Source: an uncultured Chloroflexia bacterium (GTDB lineage Bacteria > Chloroflexota > Limnocylindria > Limnocylindrales > CSP1-4). From it: DNA of 64,000 nt. The stretch lies in contig CAWIYR010000002.1 of assembly GCA_963840375.1 (NCBI GenBank), positions 576,613-640,612 of the forward strand. The letters run 5' to 3'. Below are positions 1 to 8,583 of the stretch, one piece after another. The position numbers were made by a program, and so were the translations under genes. The notes under the pieces were generated by a model. It worked only from the letters and a program-made list of their open reading frames with translations, was not told the DNA's origin and searched no databases. Position 1 is the stretch's first letter, and the number at the start of each line of letters is the position of its first letter.

Positions 1-563
1 ACCATCCCCTGGTCGGTGGCCCCGATGGTGACGGCCGCCTCGCCGGTCAGGACCCCGGCGCGAGCCTCGATCGGCCCCAGCGAGCGCACGGCGTCGACCA
101 GCTCGAGCGCCGCCCGGACGGCACGCTCGGCGTCGTCCTCGTGGGCGGTCGGTGCGCCCCAGACGGCCATGACCGCGTCGCCGATGAACTTCTCGACGCT
201 GCCGCCGTACCGGCCGATGACGTCCCGGGCGAGGTCGAAGTAGCGCGAGAGGAGCTCCCGCGTGTCCTCGGCGTCGCGGCCCTCGGCCAGCGTCGTGAAG
301 CCGACCAGGTCGGCGAACAGGACCGAGACGACTCGACGCTCGGCGACCGGAGCACGTTCCGGGACGGCGGGGCCGGAGCCGGCAGCGGTCGCGGGTGCCG
401 GTGTCACCCCCGCGATGAGCGGGGCCGCGCATTCGCCGCAGAACCGCGCCGTCGGGGAGTTCGGGGCCCCGCAGGTGGGGCAGACCGCGGCCAGTCGCGC
501 CGCGCACTCACCGCAGAACTTGCGTCCCGCCTCGTTCTGTGCCCCGCAGTTCGAGCAGATCAC
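1..563 (-). CDS. Class III adenylate/guanylate cyclase domain protein with N-terminal double zinc ribbon (partial; 3' end is outside the window)
   Basis: Not in the ORF track because it runs off the left edge. Reverse-strand translation from GTG at 563-561 (GGAGG 5 nt upstream) reads VICSNCGAQNEAGRKFCGECAARLAAVCPTCGAPNSPTARFCGECAAPL (two CxxC..CxxC ribbons). It continues RRVVSVLFADLVGFTTLAEGRDAEDTRELLSRYFDLARDVIGRYGGSVEKFIGDAVMAVWGAP, which is the class III cyclase catalytic core. Confidence 0.8.
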   Translation of the reverse strand, partial: MICSNCGAQNEAGRKFCGECAARLAAVCPTCGAPNSPTARFCGECAAPLIAGVTPAPATAAGSGPAVPERAPVAERRVVSVLFADLVGFTTLAEGRDAEDTRELLSRYFDLARDVIGRYGGSVEKFIGDAVMAVWGAPTAHEDDAERAVRAALELVDAVRSLGPIEARAGVLTGEAAVTIGATDQGM

Positions 564-585
564 CGGCACCTCCGCTCCCGCTGAA

Positions 586-612
586 GGCACGAGGGTACAA
601 CGCCCTCGTGCC
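586..612 (-). terminator. Perfect 10-bp stem hairpin between two co-directional genes
   Basis: GGCACGAGGG-tacaacg-CCCTCGTGCC lies between the stop of the 683..1111 gene and the start of the cyclase gene. There is no U-tract, so a terminator role is tentative. Confidence 0.35.
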
Positions 613-682
613 CGCGAGCATACTCACCCGACCGACGCATGGGAATGGAGGTCGACGATGGACACGGCGCTCGTCGACGAGG

Positions 683-1111
683 TCAGCCGGAGCCGCCGCC
701 GACCGGGTCGCGTGTCCTGAACAGCCAGGCGAGCAGTCGCGCCAACCCGTAGCCGATCACGACCGGCGTCAGGAACCACACGGTGGCGATGAACCCGGAG
801 ATCGGGTCGAGCGGCACCGGCCGGTCGACGGCGTAGGTCAGGACCAGCAGGGCGGTCATCCCGATGGCCACGCCGACCCACATCAACAGCAGCCCGATCC
901 AGCCGCGGGTCACCAGCCCGGCCACGAGGCCCGCGGCGAACAGGACGATGGGCGAGATGAAGACCGCGCTCAAGGCACACGTGGCGTTGAACCCCTGGCC
1001 CACGCAGCCGACCATCGAGCCCCCGAAGAGCGCGACCGGGCAGGCGATCGCCACGATGAGGGTCGCGACCAGGTCGCGCGGCAGGCTGTGGCCGGGTGGC
1101 TGAGCGGTCAC
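683..1111 (-). CDS. Hypothetical integral membrane protein (about 4 TM helices)
   Basis: 142-aa ORF with a GTG start and GGAGGA 6 nt upstream. Hydrophobic helices include LVATLIVAIACPVALF and ISPIVLFAAGLVAGLV. No family recognised. Confidence 0.6.
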   Translation of the reverse strand: MTAQPPGHSLPRDLVATLIVAIACPVALFGGSMVGCVGQGFNATCALSAVFISPIVLFAAGLVAGLVTRGWIGLLLMWVGVAIGMTALLVLTYAVDRPVPLDPISGFIATVWFLTPVVIGYGLARLLAWLFRTRDPVGGGSG

Positions 1112-1276
1112 GCGGGCTCCTCCGTGTCCCCGGATGATGCGCCCTTCGCGGGACGGGCGTGGCGTGCCGGAGGGTGACCGGGTCCGCGCACCGTCGGGGC
1201 CGATGACGCATCATCGCGATCACGCGCCCCGAACGGACGGCCCGCGAGGTGGGACGCGCGGCGTGAGGACGAACCC

Positions 1277-2140
1277 GTGGCGCGTCTCCAGGCGAAGTCG
1301 CTCGAGGATCCCGACGAGGTCCGCCCGACACCGTTCGGGCATGTCGACATCTACAACCTCGACGACCTCGTGATCGGCAGGATGGTGTTCGAACCCGGCT
1401 GGCACTGGATGGAGCACGTCCGGCCCATCGCAGGCACGAGCCTGTGCCAGTACCACCACGTGGGCATCTGCATCTCGGGGCGGCTCGGCAATCGGCTGGA
1501 GGACGGCACGACCAGCGAGATCGGCCCGGGCATGGTGTTCGAGATCCCGCCCGGTCACGACGGCTGGGTCGTCGGCGACGAGCCCTTCGTCGCGTATGAC
1601 GTCGCCGGCGTCCGCTCGTTCGCGAGAGTCGACGAGACCACCCAGCGTGTGCTCGGCGCCCTGCTGTTCACCGATATCGTCGATTCGACGGCCCTCGCGG
1701 AGTCGCTCGGTCCGGCCCGCTGGCGGGAGCTCGTCGGGACGCACAACGAACGCATCCAGTTCGAGCTGGATCGCTACCGCGGACGGCTGGTGAAGACGAC
1801 GGGCGACGGCGTGCTCGCCCTGTTCGACGGCTCCGAGCGGGCGGTCCGCGCGGCGGCCGCGATCTGCCTCGCGGCGAAGTCGCTCGGGCTGACGATCCGG
1901 GCGGGGATCCACACCGGCGAGGTCGAGATCGCCGCCGGCGACGTCCGCGGGCTGGCGGTCCACGTGGCGGCGCGGGTCATGGCACTCGCCGGACCAAGCC
2001 AGGTCTACGTGTCGGCCACGACCCGGGAGCTCGTCGCCGACTCGGGACTGGTGTTCGTCGACGCCGGGGCCCACGAGCTCAAGGGGGTCTCCGGGGCGCG
2101 ACAGCTGTACTGCCTCGCGGACGCTGGAGGCGGGGCGTGA
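1277..2140 (+). CDS. Cupin domain fused to a class III adenylate/guanylate cyclase domain
   Basis: 287-aa ORF with a GTG start and GAGGA upstream. The N-terminus is cupin-like (GRMVFEPGWHWMEH..HHVGICISG..GMVFEIPPGHDGWV). The C-terminus is the cyclase core (LLFTDIVDSTALAE..KTTGDGVLALF..IRAGIHTGEVE..HVAARV..HELKGVSG). Confidence 0.85.
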   Translation: MARLQAKSLEDPDEVRPTPFGHVDIYNLDDLVIGRMVFEPGWHWMEHVRPIAGTSLCQYHHVGICISGRLGNRLEDGTTSEIGPGMVFEIPPGHDGWVVGDEPFVAYDVAGVRSFARVDETTQRVLGALLFTDIVDSTALAESLGPARWRELVGTHNERIQFELDRYRGRLVKTTGDGVLALFDGSERAVRAAAAICLAAKSLGLTIRAGIHTGEVEIAAGDVRGLAVHVAARVMALAGPSQVYVSATTRELVADSGLVFVDAGAHELKGVSGARQLYCLADAGGGA

Positions 2141-2165
2141 GCCGGGAGGCAGCTCGAGCGGCGGG

Positions 2166-3380
2166 TCATCGCCCGACGGACTGACCGGTCGTTGTCGCCG
2201 AGGCGGCTCCATCGCCGTACCAGCCCGCCTCCTCGATGGCCGTCCAGAGCGCGACCACGTTCGCGGGCGGCACGTTCGGCTGGACGTTGTGGATCGAGGC
2301 GTACACGAAGCCGCCGCCGGGAGCGAGATCGGCGATGTGCCGGCGGGCATCGGCGGCGACCTCGACCGGGGTGGCCCGGTCGAGGATGTGCTGGGAATCG
2401 ACCGCGCCGCCCCAGAACACCAGGTCGCGTCCGAAGTCGCGCTTGAGACCACCGGTCTCCATGCCCTCGGCCGAGACCTGGATCGGATCGAGCACCTCGA
2501 CGCCGATCTCGATGAGGTCGGGGATGAGCGGGCGGATGGCACCGCACGAGTGGAGGAACACCTTGGCGTTCGTGTTGGCCCGGAGGTAGCTGAACAGCTC
2601 GGCGTGGAGCGGCTTCACGACGGTCCGGTACGTCGTCGGTGAGAAGAGCAGGTTCTTCTGGCCACCGAGATCGTCGGCCTCGCCCACGATGTCGACCGAA
2701 TCGCCGACCGCCGCCAGCGCCCGTTCCCAGTAGCCGAGCTTGACCTCGAGGATCCGCTCCATGATCCGGCGAGCCATGACGGGGTCGCGAGCCAGGTCGA
2801 CATAGCCGTCCTCGTAGCCTCGAAGCCGGAAGTAGACCTCGGTGATGCCGGCACAGATCGAGCCGACGAAGACGGCTCGACGTTCCTCGCCGACCACCTG
2901 CCGGGCTGTCTGGCCCATCCCGTCGTAGCGAGCCGGGTCGGCGGGGTCGGGCCAGCGGAAGGAACGGACGTCCGCCTCGGAGATGACCCCGGCGAGCGGC
3001 GCCCGGGTCGTGTCGTAGTAGAGTCCGCGGTCGCGCGGCATCGACCAGACGACCCCCCATTCGTCGCGGAACGACCGATGGTCGCCATCGTCCTCGATGA
3101 CGCGCCGCCAGGTCGACGGCAGCCGCGGCTCGACGTCCCGGACGTCAGCACCTACGCGTTCGAGGACATCGTCGTCGATACGCGCGAGCTGCTGGATGAC
3201 GTCGGTGACGACGGGCTCCACCGGCGGCAAGCCGAGGGCAGCGCGGAAGGCGGGGTAGAGACCGACGTGGATCCCCGTGTACCGAGTGCCACCGAGGTCG
3301 CGCGGGACCCGGTCGGCCTCGCGGTGCTCTAGGGCCAGCCGAAGGCGGCTGCGCGAGTCGAGGGTCGGCCGGGCGATCAT
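2166..3380 (-). CDS. Uroporphyrinogen decarboxylase (URO-D) family protein, MtaA/CmuA-like
   Basis: Only the 3' 1215 nt of the 1411-aa track ORF is used, starting at ATG 3380 (MIARPTLDSRSRLRLALEHREADRVPRDLGG...). URO-D-like features are GGQKNLLFSP, FLHSCGAIRPLIPDLIEIGVEVLDPIQ and DLVFWGG. The upstream part of the track ORF is antisense to real genes. Confidence 0.75.
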   Translation of the reverse strand: MIARPTLDSRSRLRLALEHREADRVPRDLGGTRYTGIHVGLYPAFRAALGLPPVEPVVTDVIQQLARIDDDVLERVGADVRDVEPRLPSTWRRVIEDDGDHRSFRDEWGVVWSMPRDRGLYYDTTRAPLAGVISEADVRSFRWPDPADPARYDGMGQTARQVVGEERRAVFVGSICAGITEVYFRLRGYEDGYVDLARDPVMARRIMERILEVKLGYWERALAAVGDSVDIVGEADDLGGQKNLLFSPTTYRTVVKPLHAELFSYLRANTNAKVFLHSCGAIRPLIPDLIEIGVEVLDPIQVSAEGMETGGLKRDFGRDLVFWGGAVDSQHILDRATPVEVAADARRHIADLAPGGGFVYASIHNVQPNVPPANVVALWTAIEEAGWYGDGAASATTTGQSVGR

Positions 3381-3552
3381 GGCACGAGACCTGCGGTTCG
3401 GAGGGTGGCGTTTCGAGGCGGCGGGGGCGCGGCCGCCGCACGGAGCATGCGCCCGGGCCGCCAGTCGAATCAACGGTCCCGGAACGAACGCGCTCATGAC
3501 CCCGAGCCGCCGGGGTACTGTCCCGGCGGGCGGACCATCGAGTCCGGGCGGA

Positions 3553-3575
3553 GGACCCGCCGCGGGTCCTACAAT
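3553..3575 (+). promoter_or_regulatory. 17-nt palindrome abutting a TACAAT -10-like box upstream of the CpaF-like gene
   Basis: GGACCCGC-c-GCGGGTCC (3553-3569) is immediately followed by TACAAT (3570-3575), 45 nt upstream of ATG 3621. No good -35 hexamer. Confidence 0.3.
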
Positions 3576-3620
3576 CGATCTCGTCCTGGCGTCCCGGGCA
3601 AGCTCGTGGAGGCGTAGGTC

Positions 3621-5438
3621 ATGTCCCTCCTCCGACGCGTCGAGCAGGCGCAGAAGGGGAACACCACTCAGGGGGACGGCACCGACGCGCCCGTCGTCCC
3701 GCACGACGCCGGCTACACCGGCCAGCGCGGCCACACGGCCCAGGTCGCGGCCCGCGAGGAACTGCTCCACCACATCCGGCTCCGCCTGCAGGACGAGATC
3801 GGCAACGTCTCCACCTCGCTGCTCGACCCCTCGGCGACCGACATCCACGGCACGATCGAGGAGATCGTGGACCGGTTCCTCCGGGCGAACGGCTACGCCC
3901 TGACCGGGGCCGAACGCCACCACCTGGTGGACGATCTCGTCGGTGAGGTCGAGGGCCTCGGCCCGCTGGAGTCGCTTCTCCGCGACGGCACGATCACGGA
4001 GGTGATGGTCAACGGTCCGGACCAGATCTACATCGAGCGGCGCGGGAAGCTGGAGCGGGTCCCGCAGACCTTCCTGAACGACGAGCACGTCCTGCGGATC
4101 ATCGATCGGATCATCACCCCCCTCGGCCGGCGCATCGACATGTCGAGTCCGAGGGTCGACGCCCGCCTGGCCGACGGCTCGCGGGTCAACGCGATCATCC
4201 CGCCCCTGTCCCTCGTGGGGCCGGTGATCACGATCCGCAAGTTCTCCACCACCCCCTACACCGTCGACGACCTCGTTCGCTTCGGGACCGCGACCCCGGA
4301 GATGTTCGACTTCCTGCGAGCCTGTGTCGAGGCGCACCTCAACGTCTTCGTCTCCGGCGGCACCGGCTCGGGCAAGACCACGACGCTGAATGTCATCTCC
4401 TCGTTCATCCCCGAGGAGGAGCGGATCGTCACGATCGAGGATGCGGCCGAGCTCCAGCTCGACCAGGACCACGTCGTTACGCTCGAGGCGCGGCCGTCCA
4501 ACCTCGAGGGCGAGGGCGAGATCACGATCCGCGACCTGCTGCGCAACGCCCTCCACATGCGCCCGGACCGGATCGTCGTCGGCGAGTGCCGCTCCGGCGA
4601 GGCCCTCGACATGATCCAGGCGATGAACGTGGGGCTCGAGGGCTCGCTGTCCACCGGGCACGCGAACACCCCGGAGGACATGCTCCGCCGCCTCGAGACG
4701 ATGGTCCTGATGGCCGGCATGGACATGCCGTTGCGCTCGATCCGCGAGCAGATCGCCTCGGCCGTCGACCTGATCGTGCATACCGCCCGCCTGAAGGACG
4801 GCTCCCGCAAGATCGTCAAGATCACCGAGGTGTTCGGGATCGAGGACGACAAGATCCTGACCCAGGACATCTTCGAATTCGAGCAGACGGGCGTGGTCGA
4901 CGGGAAGGTCGACGGCCTCCTCAAGTCCACCGGCCTCCGACCCACGTTCATGCCGCGGTTCAAGGCGCGCGGGATCCAGCTGCCACCCGGCGAGTTCGGG
5001 ATCCCGCCGGAGGACCCGAAGAACCCGACCCGTGCCGGGAAGCGCCGGTGGATCATCGGCGAGGCGCCGCCGCTGCCCCAGGCGTCGCGCCTCGTCGTCG
5101 GGTACGGCCGCGCCGTCAAGGCCGGCGGGATGATCTACATCACCTCGATGGGACCCGTCGATCCAGAGACCGGGCGGGCGGTCCCGGGTGGGATCATCGA
5201 GCACGCCCGTCAGTGCCTGCACAACCTGCAGGCCAAGCTCGAGGCGGAGGGAAGCTCCCTGGAGAAGGTGGTCTGGGCGAGCTGGTCGCTGCGCGACCCG
5301 GCTGATTTCGAGACGTTCAACGAGGAATGGGTGCGCTGGTTCCCGGGCGACACGCCGGTCGGCCAGGGCACCCTGATGCCGTCGCTCCAGCGACGGGCCG
5401 GCTTCCAGATCTCGATCGGGGTGATCGCCGAGGCCTAG
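3621..5438 (+). CDS. CpaF/TadA-type (VirB11-family) secretion ATPase fused to a C-terminal RidA/YjgF domain
   Basis: 605-aa ORF with GGAGG 8 nt upstream. ATPase motifs are Walker A GGTGSGKTT, ITIRKF, EARPSNLEGEGEITIRDLLRNALHMRPDRIVVGECRSGEA and LSTGHAN. The C-terminal ~130 aa (GGMIYITSMGPVDPETG..HARQCLHNLQAKLEAEG) is RidA-like. Confidence 0.85.
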   Translation: MSLLRRVEQAQKGNTTQGDGTDAPVVPHDAGYTGQRGHTAQVAAREELLHHIRLRLQDEIGNVSTSLLDPSATDIHGTIEEIVDRFLRANGYALTGAERHHLVDDLVGEVEGLGPLESLLRDGTITEVMVNGPDQIYIERRGKLERVPQTFLNDEHVLRIIDRIITPLGRRIDMSSPRVDARLADGSRVNAIIPPLSLVGPVITIRKFSTTPYTVDDLVRFGTATPEMFDFLRACVEAHLNVFVSGGTGSGKTTTLNVISSFIPEEERIVTIEDAAELQLDQDHVVTLEARPSNLEGEGEITIRDLLRNALHMRPDRIVVGECRSGEALDMIQAMNVGLEGSLSTGHANTPEDMLRRLETMVLMAGMDMPLRSIREQIASAVDLIVHTARLKDGSRKIVKITEVFGIEDDKILTQDIFEFEQTGVVDGKVDGLLKSTGLRPTFMPRFKARGIQLPPGEFGIPPEDPKNPTRAGKRRWIIGEAPPLPQASRLVVGYGRAVKAGGMIYITSMGPVDPETGRAVPGGIIEHARQCLHNLQAKLEAEGSSLEKVVWASWSLRDPADFETFNEEWVRWFPGDTPVGQGTLMPSLQRRAGFQISIGVIAEA

Positions 5439-5507
5439 GCGTGCGGCGTTGACGCGGGGCTGGTCGCCCGACTGGTGTCCCGGGCGTGACCGACGGACAA
5501 TGCGGCG

Positions 5508-6362
5508 GTGTTCGACCGCCCGGATCGCCGCCGCCTCGACGTCCGTCCGGCCGAGCGCGACCCCGGGTCCCGCGCGGCGCGCGTCCTCCGGGCCGACTGC
5601 GAGCGCTGTGTCGGGCTGTGCTGCGTCGCGCCTGCCTTCTCGGCGTCCGCGGACTTCGCGATCGACAAGGCCGCCGGGCAGCCGTGTCCGAACCTGCAGG
5701 CCGACTTCCGATGCGGGATCCACGCCGGCCTCGCCGACCTCGGGTTTCGCGGGTGCGTCGCCTACGACTGCTTCGGCGCGGGACAGCGGGTCTCCCAGGA
5801 GACCCTCGCCGGAGCCGACTGGCGGGCAGATCCCGAGATCGCATCGGGGATGTTCGCGGCCTTCTCCGTCGTGCGGCAGCTCCACGAGATGCTCTGGTAC
5901 CTGACCGAGGCCCTCGGGCTTGCTGCGACGAGGCCGCTCCATCGGGAGTTGCGGGCGGCCCGTGAGGAGACCGATGTCCTTGCGGGTGGTGACGTGGCCG
6001 CGCTGGGTGCGCTCGACGTGGCGGCCCATCGGCTGCACATGAACGTCCTCCTCAGAAGCGCGAGCGCGCTCGCGCGCGCCGGATCCCCGGGGCCCGCGCT
6101 CGATCGACGCGGGGCGGACCTCGTCGGGGCGGATCTGCGCGCCGTCGACCTCCGCGGCTCCGACCTGCGCGGTGCCGTCCTGATCCGCGCCGACCTGCGT
6201 GGCGTCGACCTCGCGCTGGCCGATCTCACCGGAGCCGATCTCCGGGATGCCGACCTGCGCGGCGCCGACCTGCAGGACGCCCTCTTCCTGACCCAGTCGC
6301 AGCTCGACTCCGCGCGTGGAGACGGTCGGACGGGCCGCCCCGAGCCTGAGCCGTCCAGCTGA
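5508..6362 (+). CDS. Cys-rich CxxCxxxCC (YkgJ-like) domain fused to pentapeptide repeats
   Basis: 284-aa ORF with a GTG start. The N-terminus has [33 protein letters not shown]. The C-terminus has about 11 pentapeptide repeats ([57 protein letters not shown]). The exact start is uncertain. Confidence 0.8.
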   Translation: MFDRPDRRRLDVRPAERDPGSRAARVLRADCERCVGLCCVAPAFSASADFAIDKAAGQPCPNLQADFRCGIHAGLADLGFRGCVAYDCFGAGQRVSQETLAGADWRADPEIASGMFAAFSVVRQLHEMLWYLTEALGLAATRPLHRELRAAREETDVLAGGDVAALGALDVAAHRLHMNVLLRSASALARAGSPGPALDRRGADLVGADLRAVDLRGSDLRGAVLIRADLRGVDLALADLTGADLRDADLRGADLQDALFLTQSQLDSARGDGRTGRPEPEPSS

Positions 6363-6373
6363 CTGGTCGTGAG

Positions 6374-6397
6374 GGGCCGCCTCGGCCGAGGCGGCCC
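6374..6397. terminator. Hairpin between convergent genes (possible bidirectional terminator)
   Basis: GGGCCGCCTC-ggcc-GAGGCGGCCC is a perfect 10-bp GC-rich stem between the stop at 6362 (+) and the stop at 6462 (-). No U-tract. Confidence 0.45.
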
Positions 6398-6461
6398 GCA
6401 TCCGGGCGACCGAGGTGGTGATCGCGTCATGACCTCGGCGAGGATCGAATCGGTCGGCGGC

Positions 6462-8138
6462 TCAACCGGCGAGCCGCTTGTACCGGATGCGGTGCGGCTG
6501 ATCCGCGGCGACGCCGAGCTCGCCGTGCCGGTATTCCTCGTACTCGGTGAAGTTCCCCTCGAACCAGCGGACCTGGCTGTCGCCCTCGAACGCCAGCACG
6601 TGGGTCGCGATCCGGTCCAGGAACCAGCGGTCGTGGCTGATCACCACGGCGCATCCCGGGAACGACTCGAGCCCGGTCTCGAGCGCGCGGAGCGTGTCGA
6701 CATCGAGGTCGTTCGTGGGCTCGTCCAGCAGGAGGACGTTGCCGCCCGACCGCAGGACCTTGGCGAGATGGACCCGGTTCCGCTCACCGCCGGACAGCTT
6801 GCCGACGGGCTTCTGCTGGTCGGTGCCCCGGAAGTTGAAGCTCGACACGTAGGCACGCCCGTGGATCTCGCGGTTGCCGATCTTGATGATCTCGTCGCCA
6901 CCGGTGATCTCCTCGAAGACGGTCCGGTCGCCCTGGAGATCGTCGCGGCTCTGGTCGACATAGCTGAGCTGGACCGTGTCGCCGATGACGATGCGGCCGC
7001 GGTCGGGCTTCTCCTGGCCGACGATCATCCGGAACAGGGTCGTCTTCCCGGCGCCGTTGGCGCCGATGATGCCGACGATGCCGGCCTTCGGCAGCGAGAA
7101 CGTCAAGCCGTCGATGAGGAGCTTGTCGCCGTACGCCTTGCCCAGGTCCTCGACCTCGATGACGGTGTCGCCGAGGCGTGGACCGGGCGGGATCGCGATC
7201 TCGAGCTCGCGCTCGGCGCGTCGCGCGTCGTTCGCCTCTGCCAGCAGCTGCTCGTAGGCCGACAGACGGGCCTTGCCCTTCGCCTGGCGGGCCCTGGGCG
7301 CCAGCCGCACCCACTCGAGCTCGCGAGCGAGGGTGCGCTGGCGCGCATCGGTCGCCTTCGACTCGTGGGACAGGCGCTCCAGCTTCTGCTCGAGCCAGCT
7401 CGAGTAGTTGCCCTCGAACGGGATGCCCCGGCCGCGGTCGAGCTCGAGGATCCACTGGGCGACCTGGTCGAGGAAGTACCGGTCGTGGGTGATCGCGACG
7501 ACGGTGCCCGAGTAGTCCTGCAGGAAGCGCTGCAGCCACTCCACCGACTCGGCGTCGAGGTGGTTGGTCGGCTCGTCGAGCAGGAGCAGGTCGGGGTGGC
7601 TGAGGAGCAGGCGACACAGCGCGACGCGGCGCTTCTCGCCGCCGGACAGGGTGGCGACGTCGGCATCGTCCGGCGGGCAGCGCAACGCGTCCATCGCGAT
7701 CTCGACGTTGCGTTCCAGGTTCCACGCATCGGCCGCGGCGATCCTGTCCTCGAGGGCCGCCTGCTCCGTGCCGATCGCGTCGTAGTCGGCGTCGGGCTCG
7801 GCCCACCTGGCCATGACGGCGTTGTACTGATCGATGAGCGCCTGGACCTCGGCGACCCCGTCCATGACGTTGGCCCTGACGTCCTTGCCGGGGTCGAGCT
7901 CGGGTTCCTGGCTGAGAAAGCCGACCGTGAACCCGGGCGTCAGGCGGGCCTCACCCGTGAACCCGTCGTCGAGCCCGGCCATGATCCGGAGCAGGCTCGA
8001 CTTGCCGGCTCCGTTCGCGCCGATGACCCCGATCTTGGCGCCCGGATAGAACGAGATCGAGATGTTCTCCAGCACCGTCCGATCGGGCGGGTAGTGCCGG
8101 GCAAGCCGATAGGTGGTGTAGATGAACTCGTGGGCCAT
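6462..8138 (-). CDS. ettA: Energy-dependent translational throttle protein EttA (ABC-F ATPase)
   Basis: 558 aa. The N-terminus MAHEFIYTTYRLARHYPPDRTVLENISISFYPGAKIGVIGANGAGKSS is characteristic. Two ABC cassettes are present (GANGAGKSS / GANGAGKTT, LSGGEKRR / LSGGERNR). Confidence 0.95.
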   Translation of the reverse strand: MAHEFIYTTYRLARHYPPDRTVLENISISFYPGAKIGVIGANGAGKSSLLRIMAGLDDGFTGEARLTPGFTVGFLSQEPELDPGKDVRANVMDGVAEVQALIDQYNAVMARWAEPDADYDAIGTEQAALEDRIAAADAWNLERNVEIAMDALRCPPDDADVATLSGGEKRRVALCRLLLSHPDLLLLDEPTNHLDAESVEWLQRFLQDYSGTVVAITHDRYFLDQVAQWILELDRGRGIPFEGNYSSWLEQKLERLSHESKATDARQRTLARELEWVRLAPRARQAKGKARLSAYEQLLAEANDARRAERELEIAIPPGPRLGDTVIEVEDLGKAYGDKLLIDGLTFSLPKAGIVGIIGANGAGKTTLFRMIVGQEKPDRGRIVIGDTVQLSYVDQSRDDLQGDRTVFEEITGGDEIIKIGNREIHGRAYVSSFNFRGTDQQKPVGKLSGGERNRVHLAKVLRSGGNVLLLDEPTNDLDVDTLRALETGLESFPGCAVVISHDRWFLDRIATHVLAFEGDSQVRWFEGNFTEYEEYRHGELGVAADQPHRIRYKRLAG

Positions 8139-8184
8139 GCTCCGTCAAGGGTACCGGGCAGGAGCCGCGGGCGGTCCGCCGCGC

Positions 8185-8579
8185 TCAGCCGGGTCGATGC
8201 GCGGCGTGCAGGCGCATCGACCCGGTCACGCCCTTGAGCTCGACCGGCGGGACGGAATCGGGCCTCGACCGCCATCTCGATCCAATCGGCGTACGGGAGC
8301 TCGTCGTCCCGCATCCGATCGTCGGGGCGCGGCGCGACGGAGCCGGAGGCCTCACGGATGAACATGAGCAGCTGGACCGACACGCCGGTCCGCTCGGCCA
8401 TCTGCGCGAACGTGACGCCGCTGAGCGCCGAGAACCGCTCGAACGCCGGTGCGTCGAGGAAGTCGAGCGAGACCTGGCCGCTCCGGATGGCCGCGCCCAG
8501 GCCTTCCAGCGGGATGCCCGCGGCCGTCAGGCTCATCACCAGTCCGCTCGGCGGCCTCGGCCAGGTCGTACGTCGCCAC
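8185..8579 (-). pseudogene. Decayed relic of a cyclase with an Rv1264-type N-terminal regulatory domain
   Basis: Three reading frames are needed. GTG 8579 gives VATYDLAEAAERTG. A shift near 8537 gives MSLTAAGIPLEGLGAAIRSGQVSLDFLD..VTFAQMAERTGVSVQLLMFIREASGSVAPRPDDRMRDDELPYADWIEMAVEARF. A further shift near 8265 gives PPVELKGVTGSMRLHAAHRPG* (stop 8187-8185), which looks like a cyclase C-terminal tail (compare HELKGVSGARQLYCLA in the 1277..2140 gene). No catalytic core remains. Confidence 0.4.
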
Positions 8580-8583
8580 GAGC

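Noticed and set aside
3381-3620. Cobalamin riboswitch upstream of the URO-D/MtaA-like gene
   Set aside because: I checked both strands for a B12-box (GCCACTG-like core with conserved GGGAA / GGTG..AATCC elements) and found nothing convincing. Only generic GC-rich sequence is present.
2166-6401. 1411-aa minus-strand ORF in the track
   Set aside because: Only its last 404 codons (2166..3380) look like a protein (URO-D family). The rest is antisense to the CpaF-RidA and pentapeptide genes and is Arg/Pro/Gly/Asp-rich low-complexity sequence, typical of stop-free shadow frames in high-GC DNA.
6369-8237. 622-aa plus-strand ORF
   Set aside because: It is antisense to ettA, whose ABC-F motifs are unambiguous on the minus strand.
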